Source: Eledone cirrhosa
Lineage: Eukaryota
Length of the DNA stretch: 64,000 nt
NCBI GenBank assembly: GCA_964016885.1
Contig: OZ024766.1
Span: forward strand, 12,338,001 to 12,402,000
Direction: 5' to 3'
This document shows positions 61,491 through 64,000 of the stretch, piece by piece. A model generated the notes under the pieces. The model was not told where the DNA came from, did not search any database, and saw only the letters and a list, made by a program, of their open reading frames with translations. The position numbers and the translations under genes are program-made. Position 1 is the first letter of the stretch, and each line of letters starts with the position of its first letter.

Positions 61491-63830
61491 CTGCCAGGTA
61501 GACGGTGTAAACGTCAAGAAAATGCTGCTACTACAAGGGACACTTTTCTTAAAAGCTGACTTTAACTACAATCCTTCTGATGATTACACCAATCGCCCGG
61601 ATTTGGCTCTTGGAAAAATGGATAAGGTGTGTCAGTCCTGTGGGGCTAAGAAATGGGTCGGTGAGGCTCCAGGTCTTTGCTGTTCCGGGGGGGCAAAGTT
61701 CGACTTCAGGCGCTGGCTGATCCTGCTGATTTGCTGCAAAATCTTCTCATTGGTAACTCTGACCACGGAGTGAAGTTTCGCAAAAGCATTTGGAGACACA
61801 ATTCATGTTTCGCTATAACATCATTTGGTGGAAAGGATGGCAGCAGAAACAACAAAAAGAAGAACAACAGCAACAACAGCAACAACACAGGTGTCGCCAG
61901 CAATTGTGACAACAACGAAGAAAGAAAGAAAAACTTTACACCTACAAAATTCAAGGTCAGTGTTACCACCTAGTGGGAAGCCTTCGCCTACAGCTAGGCG
62001 AGGAGCCTAAATTCCACCAGATATTCTTCATGGGCCGGGAATGATGAGGAAGTTTCCCAAAGATGAAAGATCAATTCATCTGTTGACGGGAACATTGTTG
62101 CGGAACTTCAAAGTATGCTCCATGCAACCCGTCCGTACGTCCGTGACTTGAAGAGTGCTTTGTAGCTTTTGGACTCTAGACATGAGATGAAATTGGTCAT
62201 CAGATCTGACCTGCGGGCGGGCATCCTGGATGTTTCAACGCTCCAACTACCGAAGAGGTAGCAGCAATCGTGGTTGACGAAAATCATGGTGCACGTGACA
62301 TCACCATTTACCATCGCAATAACAGACTGACGTTCGTTGCAGAAACCCATCGGTCGTACGATTGCTTACAGTACCCTCTTCTTTTTCCCTACGTCGAGGA
62401 CGGCTACAACTTCGAGATTCCGACAATTGATCCGAAAAGTCTTGCTGCTTTACCAAAGGAAGTTTCCAGCATGGATTTTTATGCATACCGACTCATGATA
62501 AGAGACGGTCGATTCAACCAACGACTTAGGTTCAAAGAGGTGACAAACCAGTTCTTGGTTGATATGTTCGCAAAGATTGAAGCGGAACGTCTTCTGTACA
62601 TACGTACCCATCAAAAAGAACTAACAGGGGTTCAGTACGCTCATCTAAAGGATGCTTTGCAGCGTGACGGTGACGCAACCAATGTTGGGCATCAGGTGAT
62701 CCTTCCTTTAAGCTTTAGTGGCTCACCCCGGTACATGCATAAACGGACCCAGGATGCCATGGCGTATGTACGTAAGTTTGGGCGGCCGCATCTTTTTATT
62801 ACCTTCACATGGAATCCTAATTGGGTGGAGATTAAGGAGAATTTATTCGCGGGCCAGGCGACGAGTGACAGGCATGATATTACAGCCAGAGTCTTCCACG
62901 GAAAGTTGAAGAAACTAATGTGCTTGCTGAAAGATAAGGCCATCTACGGACAACTCAATGCTTGGATGTATACAGTGGAATGGCAGACGAGGGGTCTTCC
63001 ACACGCACATATTCTTATTTGGTGCAAAGAACGAATCTGACCTACAGACATTGATCGCGTTATATGTGCAGAGTTGCCCGATCCCCAAATTGATTTGCAG
63101 CTTTACAACATTGTGCTGGCTATTATGATACATGGACCCTGTGGGGCCCTTAACAGCCAAAATTCATGCATGGAGGGGAACAAGTGCACCAAACACTACT
63201 CCAGAGCCTTCACCAGGGAAACTTGCAGTGGGGTTGACGGCTACCCCATCTACCGGCGGCGTGCTCCCGACTTTGGCGGCCTTTCGATTAAGGATTAAGA
63301 AGAAAGGGACAGAATACGACATTGACAACAGCTGGGTGGGGCCTTACAGCCCTTTGCTTGCTAAAAATGTTTATGCTCACATCTGTTAAAAGCATTAAAT
63401 ACATCTGCAAATACATCAACAAAGGCGGCGACATGGCGGTGGTTGGCCTCAGTGATGGCGTAGAATCAAAAGACGAAATTACTCAATTCATGATGGGAAG
63501 ATACATTTCGTCCAATATGGCGGCTTGGCGCATTTTGGGGCTTGAAATTCACCGGTGCTCTCCGGCAGTTGGTAACTTGGATGTTCACTTAGAGAATGGT
63601 CAACATGTTTATTTCACTGAGGAAACCGCATCGGCTGCTGCCGAACAGCGACCTCTGACGACGCTTACAGCACCTTTTAAGCTATGTTCTGTCGATACGT
63701 TTGCAGTTACCCTTCTTTGCGTCGATGTACCTACCTACTTTACTTGGTCGAACAAAGAATGGCATCGGCGGCGACGAGGGGAAAAGGTTGAGGATTGGGT
63801 AGGTGTCTTCAGAAGTAATGCCATCAGACA
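60680..63830 (+). pseudogene. Helitron RepHel, N-terminal and Rep (HUH endonuclease) region, frameshifted
   Basis: CQSCGAKKW..E....CCSGG, YDCLQYPLLFP, GSPRYM...DAMAYVRKFGRPHLFITFT, VEWQTRGLPHAHIL (HUH, 63002-63010), MIHGPCG, GYPIYRRR, IKYICKYINKG (63394-63426); multiple stops and frameshifts; helicase not in window. Confidence 0.92.
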
Positions 63831-64000
63831 TTGGGTAGCTGTCTTCAGAAGTAATGCCATCAGACATTGGGTAGGTGTCTTCAGAAGTAATACCATCAGA
63901 CATTGGGTAGGTGTCTTCAGAAGTAATACCATCAGACATTGGGTAGCTGTCTTCAGAAGTAATACCATCAGACATTGGGTAGCTGTCTTCAGAAGTAATA
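63794..64000. repeat. 36-bp minisatellite amplified from Helitron coding sequence
   Basis: ttgggtaggtgtcttcagaagtaatgccatcagaca, more than 5 units to the window end. Confidence 0.92.

Overview
Eukaryotic, almost entirely repetitive DNA with no confidently identifiable host gene. The extreme (TA)n/(CA)n/(GA)n/(CCA)n density and the SINE types suggest a coleoid cephalopod such as Octopus; this is an inference. Nearly all listed ORFs are translations of micro- or minisatellites. Recognisable content: (i) at least two tRNA-derived SINE families; (ii) RTE-type LINE remnants; (iii) a complete non-autonomous Helitron (24902-25530) and a decayed Helitron Rep gene (about 60.7-63.8 kb); (iv) a piggyBac-type MITE; (v) many minisatellites, several amplified from inside transposons. 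The most notable signal is a set of short non-coding fold-back elements from several unrelated families, embedded in (TA)n tracts. They carry type I hammerhead ribozyme motifs (CUGANGA...GAAA...UH with pairable stems I-III), often on both strands, which matches Penelope-like pseudo-LTR derivatives. Also noted: a candidate HDV-like ribozyme heading an internally deleted RTE, a fold-back element with two converging Pol III cassettes, and a SINE tetramer flanked by a single target-site duplication. All structures were read by eye; nothing was computed or searched.
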